Both the position numbers and the translations under genes were made by a program. From assembly GCA_011525805.1 (NCBI GenBank), contig WYBR01000070.1, positions 80,588-144,587 on the forward strand: 64,000 nt of DNA, in the 5' to 3' direction. Source of the stretch: Vicinamibacteraceae bacterium. Its GTDB lineage: Bacteria; Planctomycetota; Phycisphaerae; Phycisphaerales; UBA5793. The notes under the pieces were generated by a model. It did no database searches and was not told where the DNA came from. It worked only from the letters and a program-made list of their open reading frames with translations. How positions within the stretch are numbered: position 1 is the first letter of the stretch; each line of letters starts with the position of its first letter. This document shows, piece after piece, positions 9,664-17,975 of this stretch.

Positions 9664-10254
9664 ATGCGCCACCCGCAGGACAGGCTCTCAACCCCACAAC
9701 CGGCGCGCGCCCGCCGGGCGCGGCCGACCGGTTTCACCCTCCTCGAAACCGCGCTGGCGATCATCATCGTCGGCAGCGGCGTGCTCGCGATCCTCTACGC
9801 TCAGATGGCCTTCCACCGCCAGAACGACTGGTCGACGCACACCTCGACCGCCACGTTCCTCGCCAACGAGATCCGCGAGATGACCGTGCGCCTCTCGCCC
9901 CACGACCCCGTCACCGGCAGCGTCTACTGGGGGCCCGAGCCGAACGAACTCACTCTCGCCGACTTCGACGATCTCGACGACTTCGACGGCGTCGAGGGGC
10001 TGGGAACCGTCTTCAGCGAAGCCGAGGGCACGGGCCCGGTGAACGCCCAGCGCCTCATCGTCCCCGACATGCCGGGATGGTCGCAGGTCGTGCGCGTCGC
10101 CAAGGTGGCCAAGAACAACATCAGCGGGCCGGAGGATCCCGACCTCGCCCCCGGACTGTACGTGCTGCGCATCGAGGTGGCCGTCTTCTACCAGGGGGCG
10201 AGCGACCCCGAGCCGAGCGAAGTCACCAAGATCGCATGGATCAACGAGGAATAG
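9664..10254 (+). CDS. Prepilin-type N-terminal cleavage/methylation-domain minor pilin
   Basis: The class III signal peptide ...RPTG/FTLLETALAIIIVGSGVLAI has Glu at +5. Confidence 0.7.
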   Translation: MRHPQDRLSTPQPARARRARPTGFTLLETALAIIIVGSGVLAILYAQMAFHRQNDWSTHTSTATFLANEIREMTVRLSPHDPVTGSVYWGPEPNELTLADFDDLDDFDGVEGLGTVFSEAEGTGPVNAQRLIVPDMPGWSQVVRVAKVAKNNISGPEDPDLAPGLYVLRIEVAVFYQGASDPEPSEVTKIAWINEE

Positions 10255-10301
10255 AGATTCGATCGGGCCACGATCGGGCCGGATGGTGAAACGGAGCGGC
10301 G

Positions 10302-12782
10302 ATGAACGGGCGAAACGAACCAAGGGTGCGGAGAATGCGCGATGGTGTCGGCGCTGCGCCGCGCCGGATCGGCGCGGGCGCGTTCCAGCGGCGCCTCGGC
10401 GGACGGCCTCGCGCCCGAGGCGCGCGGCGCCGCGGCGTGGCGTCGGTCCTCTCCATGATGTTCCTGGTCATCTTCGGTTCCCTCGCCGCCGTCATGGCCG
10501 TCGTCGCGCAGGGCAACGTCCGCACGGCCCATTCGCACCTCCAGGTGAACCGGGCGATGAGCGCGGCGGAGACCGGGCTGAGTTTCGCCGGCCGCCGCCT
10601 CACCGGCGCCGCGCAGCGCTTCGTCGTCGAGAAGGGCCTCGTGACCGACGAGTTCGGCGAAAAATTGTGGAACGGAACGTGGGACAGCAGCGACGGCGCC
10701 GTCTCGATCCTCGAACCCGACTTCGTCGAGTCGCCCCCCGCCACCAGCCTCGCGACGGCCCTGCTCAACGCCCACGCCGCCGACGAGCACAACCTCATCC
10801 TCGAACCCCCCGACGAACTCCTCCCCGCCATCGACGAATTCGGCAAACTCGTGGTGCGGCCCATCGCCGTCACCACCGAGGAGCACGCCGCGACGTTCAA
10901 ACTCTCCTACGAGCCCCTCGCCGACGGCCGTTACATCCGCGTCACCAGCGTCGGGCGCGACGGCGAACTGACGCGCACGCTCCAGATGGACTTTCAGATC
11001 GTCAAGCGCCTCGACGCTGCGATCATCTCGCCCAATCGCGTCATGATCGGAAAGAACGTCCACATCGACGGGCCGATCGGAACGCGCTTCGGCGAGGACG
11101 CCGTCGATCTCGAAGACCCCCTCGGCCATCCGATCGTCATGAAGTCCGACTTCCGCCACCTCGACGCGGAACTCGATTCGCGCATCGAGGCGATCATCGC
11201 CTCCATCGGCGAGTTCGACGTCAACGGCGACAACCGCCTCCGACCCGGACACCCGACCGAGTCGGACGGCCTCACCGAGCCATTCATGATCGACGCCAAC
11301 GGCGACGGCTTCGTCGATGACTACGACCTCTGGCTCGATTTCTACGACCAGAACGACGACGGCTGGGTCGTCTACGACCAGGACCTCGCCTACGCCGCCG
11401 GACGCGGCACGCTCAACGTCGAGTTCGCCGGCATCGACGACCAGCTCGCCGAGATGATCGACACCCTCTGCCCCGACCGCAACGGCGACGGCGTCGTCGA
11501 CCTTGAGGACACCGCGCTGGGGTACCTCGACGGCGTCATCGACAACCTCGACGGCTACAGCAAGGTGCGCGGTAACCTCCTCTTCAAGGCCAGCAAGGAC
11601 AACTGGGAGGCCTCAAAGGAAGGCCAGCCCTGGCAGAACTTCGTCAACGGGCCCATTCACGCCGACGTCGAGTACGCCTCCTCCGAGTTCGAAGTGCCCG
11701 ACACGCGGCTCTACGACCTCAGCATCACCGACTTCACCAACGCGCAGAACGCCCTCAAGGCCGTGACGTCCGGCAGCGCCTCGTTCGCCGATCAACTCGA
11801 ATCGCAACTCGGCGGCGACCCCAACTCCCACATCTGGTCCGACCACCCCACCGAGCCGGACTACCTCCGACCCGACCTGGGCGTGTGGGAGCAGATGCCC
11901 CTCGGCTCGCCGGGCTTCTACGACTGGTACCGCCGCCCCATCTACAAGAACATGACCTTCGTCAACGTCGCCGTCCCCGAGGGGATCAACGGCCTGTTCA
12001 TCAACTGCATCTTCATCGGCGGCGTATATGTCAAGACGTACGCCGACAACGACCACGTCAACTGGAACTTCCTCGGCATCAAGGAACTCATCGGCACCGA
12101 GTACGTCGACAAGTACGACTACGAGTCCTGGGAGCCGGTGCTCGAAATCGACGGCAATCCCGTCTACGACACCAAGCCCTTCTCGAACAACGTCCGCTTC
12201 GACTCCTGCACCTTCATCGGGTCCATCGTCTCCGATCCCGCCGACGAACTGACGCACGTGCGCAACAAACTCCAGTTCACCGGCAACACTCGTTTCACAC
12301 TCGACCCGGCGGAGATCGAGAACAGCAACCTCGATCCCCTCGACAAGGAGGCGGCGCTTGAGAGTTTCAACAGCAGTTACGAGCAGCTGCGCCGCAGTTC
12401 GCTCCTCGCCCCGAACTTCTCCGTGGACGTGGGCAACTTCGAGAACGCGGACGAGAAAGTGACGATGCAGGGAACGATCGTCGCCGGCGTGCTCGACGTT
12501 CGCGGCCGGGCCGAGATCATCGGCGCCCTGCTCATGACCTTCAAGCCCGTCATCGGCCAGGGGCCGCTCTTCTACGGCGGCCTCGCCTCCGCCTTCAACA
12601 CCACGCTGGGCTACTTCAGCGTCGAGGAGGGCGACGGCGAAGGCATGGACCCCGATCCCGAGGTCGGCTTCGGAAACATCTACCTCAAGTACGACCCCGA
12701 CATCCCCATGCCCGACGGCATTAACGCGCCCATCAAGGCCGTCCCCGTCAAGGGAACCTACGTCGAAGGAGTCTCGCCATGA
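10302..12782 (+). CDS. Large PilX/GspK-like minor-pilin-associated protein with EF-hand/dockerin-like Ca-binding motifs
   Basis: It has an N-terminal basic stretch plus a hydrophobic helix (VASVLSMMFLVIFGSLAAVMAVVAQG) but no Glu5, as in PilX/GspK-type proteins. It sits between two prepilin genes, and the next start overlaps its stop (ATGA at 12779). DxNGDG-type motifs lie at aa 306-405. The start is uncertain; an alternative ATG is at 10335. Confidence 0.5.
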   Translation: MNGRNEPRVRRMRDGVGAAPRRIGAGAFQRRLGGRPRARGARRRGVASVLSMMFLVIFGSLAAVMAVVAQGNVRTAHSHLQVNRAMSAAETGLSFAGRRLTGAAQRFVVEKGLVTDEFGEKLWNGTWDSSDGAVSILEPDFVESPPATSLATALLNAHAADEHNLILEPPDELLPAIDEFGKLVVRPIAVTTEEHAATFKLSYEPLADGRYIRVTSVGRDGELTRTLQMDFQIVKRLDAAIISPNRVMIGKNVHIDGPIGTRFGEDAVDLEDPLGHPIVMKSDFRHLDAELDSRIEAIIASIGEFDVNGDNRLRPGHPTESDGLTEPFMIDANGDGFVDDYDLWLDFYDQNDDGWVVYDQDLAYAAGRGTLNVEFAGIDDQLAEMIDTLCPDRNGDGVVDLEDTALGYLDGVIDNLDGYSKVRGNLLFKASKDNWEASKEGQPWQNFVNGPIHADVEYASSEFEVPDTRLYDLSITDFTNAQNALKAVTSGSASFADQLESQLGGDPNSHIWSDHPTEPDYLRPDLGVWEQMPLGSPGFYDWYRRPIYKNMTFVNVAVPEGINGLFINCIFIGGVYVKTYADNDHVNWNFLGIKELIGTEYVDKYDYESWEPVLEIDGNPVYDTKPFSNNVRFDSCTFIGSIVSDPADELTHVRNKLQFTGNTRFTLDPAEIENSNLDPLDKEAALESFNSSYEQLRRSSLLAPNFSVDVGNFENADEKVTMQGTIVAGVLDVRGRAEIIGALLMTFKPVIGQGPLFYGGLASAFNTTLGYFSVEEGDGEGMDPDPEVGFGNIYLKYDPDIPMPDGINAPIKAVPVKGTYVEGVSP

Positions 12783-13366
12783 TCGCCCTTCGCCGTTCAC
12801 GCCCCCGCCGCCGCGCCTTCAGCATCATCGAGATGCTCCTGGCCATCTCCATCACCTCGCTCCTGCTCACCTCGCTGCTCGCGGCCCTGAGCGCCTCCTT
12901 CCGCGCCTATCAGGCCACGACGGAGTCCGCCTCGCGCCACACCATCGCCCGCCTCACCATGCACCGGCTGCTGGCGATGATCCGCACCGGGACGCAGTTC
13001 GGGCCCTACCCCGACAACGTCATCACCGACCCCATCATCCAGTCCGACTACCTCGAGTTCGTCGCCGCCGACGGCACCTTCGTGCGCGTCGAGTACCGCG
13101 ACCTCGACGAGTCGCTCTACGTCGTCGTCGATCCGCTCGGCGAGCCGCAGGAGGAACTCCTCCTCACCGGCGTCGCGCCGATCTTCGACGAGAACAACGA
13201 GCGCATCCCGCCCTTCACGCTCCACTACACCCGCGGGCCGCTGCTCTATCGCGCCACCATCGACCTGCTCATCGTCGAAGACAACGAGATCAACCTCGCG
13301 GTCGAAGGCTCGGACGTCCCTCCCCTGCGCATGGTCGCCTCAACCATGCCGCGCAACAACCTCTGA
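12779..13366 (+). CDS. Prepilin-type N-terminal cleavage/methylation-domain minor pilin
   Basis: The class III signal peptide RRRA/FSIIEMLLAISITSLLLTSL has Glu at +5. Confidence 0.7.
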   Translation: MIALRRSRPRRRAFSIIEMLLAISITSLLLTSLLAALSASFRAYQATTESASRHTIARLTMHRLLAMIRTGTQFGPYPDNVITDPIIQSDYLEFVAADGTFVRVEYRDLDESLYVVVDPLGEPQEELLLTGVAPIFDENNERIPPFTLHYTRGPLLYRATIDLLIVEDNEINLAVEGSDVPPLRMVASTMPRNNL

Positions 13367-13378
13367 CGCAGGCGAATG

Positions 13379-13580
13379 CGGGTGCCACTGCACGCTCGCC
13401 ATCGAACTCCGCCCAAAGCGGCGGCGTTCGATGCCACCCAAGCCTTGAACGGGTGCCACTGCACGCTCGCCGCTCTGGGCGAGAGTGCAGTGCGAACGGC
13501 AAGGTTGATCGTCGGTGCTTGGGCGGACGACTGCGCCTGCACGCTCGCCGCTCTGGGCGAGAGTGCAGTGCGGAACGGCA
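13379..13580. repeat. Palindromic repeats (REP-like) between convergent genes: two full copies and one partial copy
   Basis: The shared core CTGCACGCTCGCCGCTCTGGGCGAGAGTGCAGTGCG-AACGGC occurs at 13459-13500 and 13537-13580. A half copy, GGGTGCCACTGCACGCTCGCC, is at 13379-13400. Each full copy folds as a 15-bp stem with one mismatch around the loop GCTCTG. Confidence 0.7.
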
Positions 13581-13609
13581 ACGACGCGCCCCAAGCCGAG
13601 CCCCAAGCC

Positions 13610-15337
13610 TTACTCAATCCTCACCACGTTGCTCGTCTTGCACCGGCTGACATCGACGAGTTGGAGGTATGCGCCGCAGGCGGATCGGGGGATGGTGGTG
13701 ACGAGGCGGCCGGCGCCGAAGTCGCCGGCGGAGCCGATGAAGGCGACTTGCAAATCAAGCGCGCCGAGACCCAGCGGCGTGCCGGCGCAGGGGTTGCCGT
13801 TGGGAATGACAAAGTTGCCGGTGCGCCGGCCGAAGAGAATCGCGATGCGGGCGCGGCGATCCGGCGTGGCCTGGAACCATCTGACTTCAATCTCCCCGCC
13901 CTGCCCGCCGGCGCAGTCGGGAACCTTCTGCAACGTAAGAACCGGCGGCGGACAGTTGCCCGGCTCGCCGGGGTCGAGGTCGAAGGAGTAGACGGCGCCG
14001 ACGGCGTCAATCTGAAGGCCGCCGACGCATTGCGTGGTGTGCGCGCCGATCACGGCTAATGACGCTGACCTGCGATCGCCTAGGGCGACTGTGAACCCGA
14101 ACGCGTCAAGCACATCTTGCTCGGCGCCGTAAAGCGCCTGAACTGCCGACCATTCTCCTGAGGGCCCGATCAGTTCGAAGACATAGACACATCCAGATGA
14201 AACGCCGAAGTCCCTATTCTCGGGTGCGGCGGCAAGCAGTCGCGCTGTCCCTCCAGATTCCAGACATACAGATTGACCAAAGAACATGTCACTCGGGTTT
14301 GCGACAGGCGGAACCAAGTGTGCTTCTTGACGCCATGTACCTTCCGTCGTACGCAGGTAGAGGTATGTCGCTCCCGGACCTGCCGGGAAACCGAAGCCGC
14401 CCTCGTTCGTTCGCCCGACTGCAGCCCGGTGGCTAATGCCCGGAAGGTCAACGACCGGTGCGACCGATACGTCCTGTCCAAAGAGGTCTTGCTCATACGG
14501 ATCTGGCGCCTCGAACTGTGCTTCGAGCATCCATGCATTAGAGACTGAGTCGAATCGGTAGAAATACGCTGCTCCGGGTTGAGTGTTGGGGCCAACATAC
14601 AGGTGTCCTGACGCGCCTACCGTCAGGATGGTCGAACCATCGCTTTCACTCGCCGAGAGTCCGAATCCGAATGCGTCCTCGGGTGATCCGTCGGGCGCCT
14701 GAAGATGAGCCTGCTGCCTCCATGCTCCCAGTCCGTCGCGCTCGAACACGTAGGCAGAACCGATGACGCCCGTCGAATCCGATCCCGGCGCGCCGACGAT
14801 CAGGAAGGTGCGCCCCCCGGCGGTCGCCCAGGCGAGTTCGTTCCCGAACCAGCCGAACGGGACGGAAACGTCCGGGAGCACTTCTCCGTCCTGAACCCAC
14901 TGCATGGAACTGTTCAGCCGGAAAACATAGACCTTGCCAGCGTCGTCGTCGATCAGACTGTTGTATGGGCTGGCACCGGCAAGTAGCCACTCATTGCTAG
15001 ATGAATCGAAGTGGAACGCCACGGCGTTTCCAAAAGCATCGAAGGGGCGCAAGTCGTGGGGGCGAAGATCGGATTCGAAATCCCATTGTTGCGTGATCGG
15101 GTTGAGCACGTAGGTCGAAATGCGGCCGCCGGGAAGGTCGTAACGCCCCACGGCCATGCGGTCGTCGCGCACCGACAGCGACCTCCCGAAGCCGTTGCCG
15201 TCGTTGCAGGGGCTGATGAGACGCTGCAGCTGCGCTGGGGGGCAAGGCGGGGTCTGCGCGACAACTGAGTGCCGCGCGCACATCACGCCGAGCGCGCTGA
15301 GAAGGGCTCCTGAAGCCCGTATGATGATGCGTGCCAT
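13610..15337 (-). CDS. Secreted FG-GAP (integrin-alpha-like) beta-propeller repeat protein with a Cys-containing C-terminal domain
   Basis: Signal peptide MARIIIRASGALLSALGVMCARHSVVAQ, with an AGGGAGA Shine-Dalgarno upstream. FG...GAP-type blades recur (FGNAVAF..AGASP, FLIVGAPGSDSTGVIGSAYVFER, LFGQDVSVA, FFGQSVCLE..LLAAAPENRDFGVSSGCVYVFEL, AFGFTVALGD). Confidence 0.75.
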   Translation of the reverse strand: MARIIIRASGALLSALGVMCARHSVVAQTPPCPPAQLQRLISPCNDGNGFGRSLSVRDDRMAVGRYDLPGGRISTYVLNPITQQWDFESDLRPHDLRPFDAFGNAVAFHFDSSSNEWLLAGASPYNSLIDDDAGKVYVFRLNSSMQWVQDGEVLPDVSVPFGWFGNELAWATAGGRTFLIVGAPGSDSTGVIGSAYVFERDGLGAWRQQAHLQAPDGSPEDAFGFGLSASESDGSTILTVGASGHLYVGPNTQPGAAYFYRFDSVSNAWMLEAQFEAPDPYEQDLFGQDVSVAPVVDLPGISHRAAVGRTNEGGFGFPAGPGATYLYLRTTEGTWRQEAHLVPPVANPSDMFFGQSVCLESGGTARLLAAAPENRDFGVSSGCVYVFELIGPSGEWSAVQALYGAEQDVLDAFGFTVALGDRRSASLAVIGAHTTQCVGGLQIDAVGAVYSFDLDPGEPGNCPPPVLTLQKVPDCAGGQGGEIEVRWFQATPDRRARIAILFGRRTGNFVIPNGNPCAGTPLGLGALDLQVAFIGSAGDFGAGRLVTTIPRSACGAYLQLVDVSRCKTSNVVRIE

Positions 15338-15391
15338 GACTCATCTCCCTTTGTGCGCCCCCGCGTGCTGATTTGACCGAGGGGGGCCGTC

Positions 15392-17151
15392 TCAAAACGG
15401 GATGACATAGACGCCGCCAAGGTCATTCGCGGACCCGTTTCCGTAGTTGGTCGTGTCCCACCCCGGCGCCCCGAACATGATCTCATCGTTATAGTCCTGG
15501 TCGTTGTTGATGTCACCGATGAATATGACGGAGCGACCAAGATACGGGGCTTCGTTGTCGTAGGGGTTTTCGTCGCAGAGAATTTGATAATAACGAAAGG
15601 CACTGCTGGCCGTCCAGGTCTCGTGCCCGCCATTCTCGCCCACGGCCATACTCCCCGAGTACCGGAAGAGATAGGCGAAACCACGGTCGTTTCTGAGCTG
15701 TGGTGGGGTATATGCACAGCTGTTTCCGCGCGGCGCGCCGATCAGGAAGTCGGCGCGGGAGTCGGTTCCCTTGTTCGTGTTGCCGTTGCAGGCCATTGCG
15801 TAGCCGAAGAGGACGTAGTCATCGCCCGTCGGACCGTCGATGATGATGTTGGCGTTCGCCGCCTCCCAGACGTACGGATCCCCGCTCGGCCAGCCTGCGG
15901 AGTAGTTGGGCATGAGAAAGACGTAGACGCGGCCGACATCCGTCCGCGTCGGATTGCCTTCAACATCGTGCAGAAGACTGGCGATGACGATGTCGTTCAC
16001 CCCGTCGCCGTTCAGATCGCCCTGTGAGGCGAGCGATTGGCCCAACTTGTCCTCCGCGTTCTCGCCGGTGAAGATGATCTTCGCGTAGTCGTAGGCCTCC
16101 TGATCTTCCTCCGGATACGTGGAAGCGCCGGCGAAGAGATAGACCGTGCCGACCCGGCAGTCATCCTCCAGTGACTCCGACGTCCAGGGAGGATTGCCGT
16201 CGTACGACCAGTTGAAGTTTTGGCCGGTGCAGCCGCCGGTGTAATTGGTGGACGTGCGGCGCGGAGCGGAGACGATGAAGTCGTCGTAGCCGTCGCCGTT
16301 CAGGTCTCCGACGCTGGCCACGCTCTGGCCGAAGTAGCCCCGCGTCTGCTCGACGGCGGTCCCTGGAACCCAACTCGGTTCGCCACGAATGACCAGTTCG
16401 GCCTCATTGACGTTGCGCCAGTCGGTGGATGTCTCCCAGCCGTCGTGGTCGAAGATGTAGACGGCGCCGGTCCAGTCCTCGACCCATCCCTGATTCTGAA
16501 CGTAGATGCAACCTTCGCACTGGCTCCAGTACCGAGCCCCGACGATGAGGTCGAGGTCGCCGTCGCCGTTGAAGTCGGCGAGAGCGACCGACCAGCCGAA
16601 GTTGTCGCCGAGTTGCCCGCCGTAGGAGGCGTGGCTCTGGAACTTGTGCTTGAGCACGAAGGTCGGCCCGCTCGTGTCGTCATAGTCGAAGATGTAGACC
16701 GCACCGTAGCTTTGCGCGCCAGCGCCGTCGCCGCCCGGCTCGGTCACGATCAGTTCATCCTTGCCGTCGCCATCCACGTCGGCCGCTTCGAGATCCCAAC
16801 CGAAAAAGACGCACACGTTCGGCGTGCCGCTGGGATGAGGGACCGTGATGGGGCTGCTCCATCCGCTGTCGTACTCATAGACGTAGACGTGGCCGCGGCC
16901 TTCGTTATTGCCGAATCCCGTCTCCATGCTCTCGAAGGTTGAGATCGCCACATCGCGTTTCCCGTCGCCGTCGAAGTCGCCTGTGGCCATGGCGTGCCCG
17001 AACTGCGGGCCGTAACCGGAGCCGAGATCAACCCCCGGAATAGTCGGCGTGGTCACCGTCGTCTGCGCGAGCGCTACCCCCCCCCCCCCCCGAGAAGGGC
17101 GACGACCATCGAAGTGACGCGGAGCCACGATGAGTGAGCATTTCCTGCCAT
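15392..17151 (-). CDS. Secreted seven-blade FG-GAP/Ca-binding beta-propeller protein, with the reading frame broken by a G15 homopolymer between the signal peptide and the mature part
   Basis: The mature frame (17077 down to 15392, 561 aa) carries seven FG-GAP blades with DxDGDG loops (GDFDGDGKRDVAIS, ADVDGDGKDELIVT, ADFNGDGDLDLIVGA, GDLNGDGYDDFIVSA, GDLNGDGVNDIVIAS, ...FLIGAP, GDINNDQDYNDEIMFGAP). The ATG at 17151 has GGGAGG 9 nt upstream and encodes MAGNAHSSWLRVTSMVVALLGGGGG, then TAG. That places it one nucleotide out of frame with the mature part. The track ORF extension up to 17551 has no credible start. Confidence 0.7.
17077..17091 (-). repeat. Homopolymer tract, C15 on the plus strand (G15 on the coding strand)
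   Basis: Counted directly: 4 C at 17077-17080, 10 C at 17081-17090 and 1 C at 17091. It lies exactly at the junction between the signal peptide and the mature protein of the FG-GAP gene. Confidence 0.9.
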
Positions 17152-17213
17152 GTGGTCCATCCTCCCGGGCGGGGTTGAGGTGAAAAGGGGCGGGGCCGCA
17201 ATACACGCTATTG

Positions 17214-17241
17214 ATTATCCTGATTTCTGCCCCCTTGTCAA
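17214..17241 (-). promoter_or_regulatory. Candidate sigma-70 promoter for the FG-GAP operon
   Basis: The minus strand reads TTGACA (17241-17236), a 16-nt spacer, then GATAAT (17219-17214). It lies in a locally AT-rich intergenic stretch about 60 nt upstream of the ATG at 17151. Confidence 0.4.
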
Positions 17242-17321
17242 GGGGCTTTTCCGGAATCGCGTGAAGTTCGGCCGCTTTCGGCGGAGGTGGGGCTTTGGCG
17301 TGGGGTGCGGGAGCGGGTTCG

Positions 17322-17975
17322 TCAGCGCGGCCGGGCGGGGATGCCTTGGACGGTGGCGCCGTCGGGGACGTCGCGGCAGACGACCGCGCCGGCGCCGACC
17401 ACGGCCCGGGCGCCGATGCGGCGGCCGGGGAGGATGCGGCAGCCCAGCCCCAGGAGGGCCGACTCGCCGACTTCGACCGATCCGCCGAGCGCAGCGCCGG
17501 GGGCGACGTGGGCCCACGGGCCGATGCGGCAGTCATGCTCGATGATCGCACCGCTGTTGATGATCGCTCCGTCGCCGATGGAAGCGCCCGGGTTGATGAT
17601 CGCGCCGGCGCTGATGAAGACGCCGCGGCCGAGCGTCACGTCGAGGCGGCTGATGATGGCCGTCGGATGCGCCACGAGGGCGAGGCGGTCGGGGCAGCAT
17701 TCGATGATGGGGACGGCGGCGCGGGCGCGTCGGCTGTTGTCGCCCAGGGCGGAGATGAAGCGGCAGCGTGCTTCACAGCGGGTCCACTCGCCCAGCGCGC
17801 CGAGTCGCGGCAGGCCTTCGCGGGCGAGCGCGGCGTCGGGGGCATCATCGAGGAAGCCGGCGATGTTCCAGCCCGAGGCGCGTGCGGCGTCGAGGACGAC
17901 CTTGGCGTGCCCGCCTCCGCCGATGAGCACGAGGGGGGCCGTCGCGTCAGGATGATCGCTCACGCGTGCGTGCAT
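17322..17975 (-). CDS. Sugar O/N-acetyltransferase, NeuD/PglD-like left-handed beta-helix (hexapeptide-repeat) family
   Basis: N-terminal Rossmann-like LVLIGGGGHAKVVLDAARASGWNIAGFLDD is followed by hexapeptide repeats (GVFISAGAIINPGASIGDGAIINSGAIIEHDCRIGPWAHVAPGAALGGSVEVG...). The ATG at 17975 was chosen inside track ORF 17322-18542. Confidence 0.8.
   Translation of the reverse strand: MHARVSDHPDATAPLVLIGGGGHAKVVLDAARASGWNIAGFLDDAPDAALAREGLPRLGALGEWTRCEARCRFISALGDNSRRARAAVPIIECCPDRLALVAHPTAIISRLDVTLGRGVFISAGAIINPGASIGDGAIINSGAIIEHDCRIGPWAHVAPGAALGGSVEVGESALLGLGCRILPGRRIGARAVVGAGAVVCRDVPDGATVQGIPARPR

Noticed and set aside
13379-13580. Possible CRISPR array
   Set aside because: There are only two full repeats and one half repeat. 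The units are themselves strong palindromes with unequal spacers, and no cas genes are nearby. They are better described as REP-like or terminator hairpins.
17152-17551. Upstream extension of the FG-GAP ORF to 17551, as drawn in the ORF track
   Set aside because: The extension is Pro/Ala/Ser/Arg-rich and crosses the intergenic promoter-like region. It runs into the 3' end of the acetyltransferase gene (stop at 17322) and has no credible start. The SD-ATG-signal peptide at 17151 in the neighbouring frame explains the locus better.
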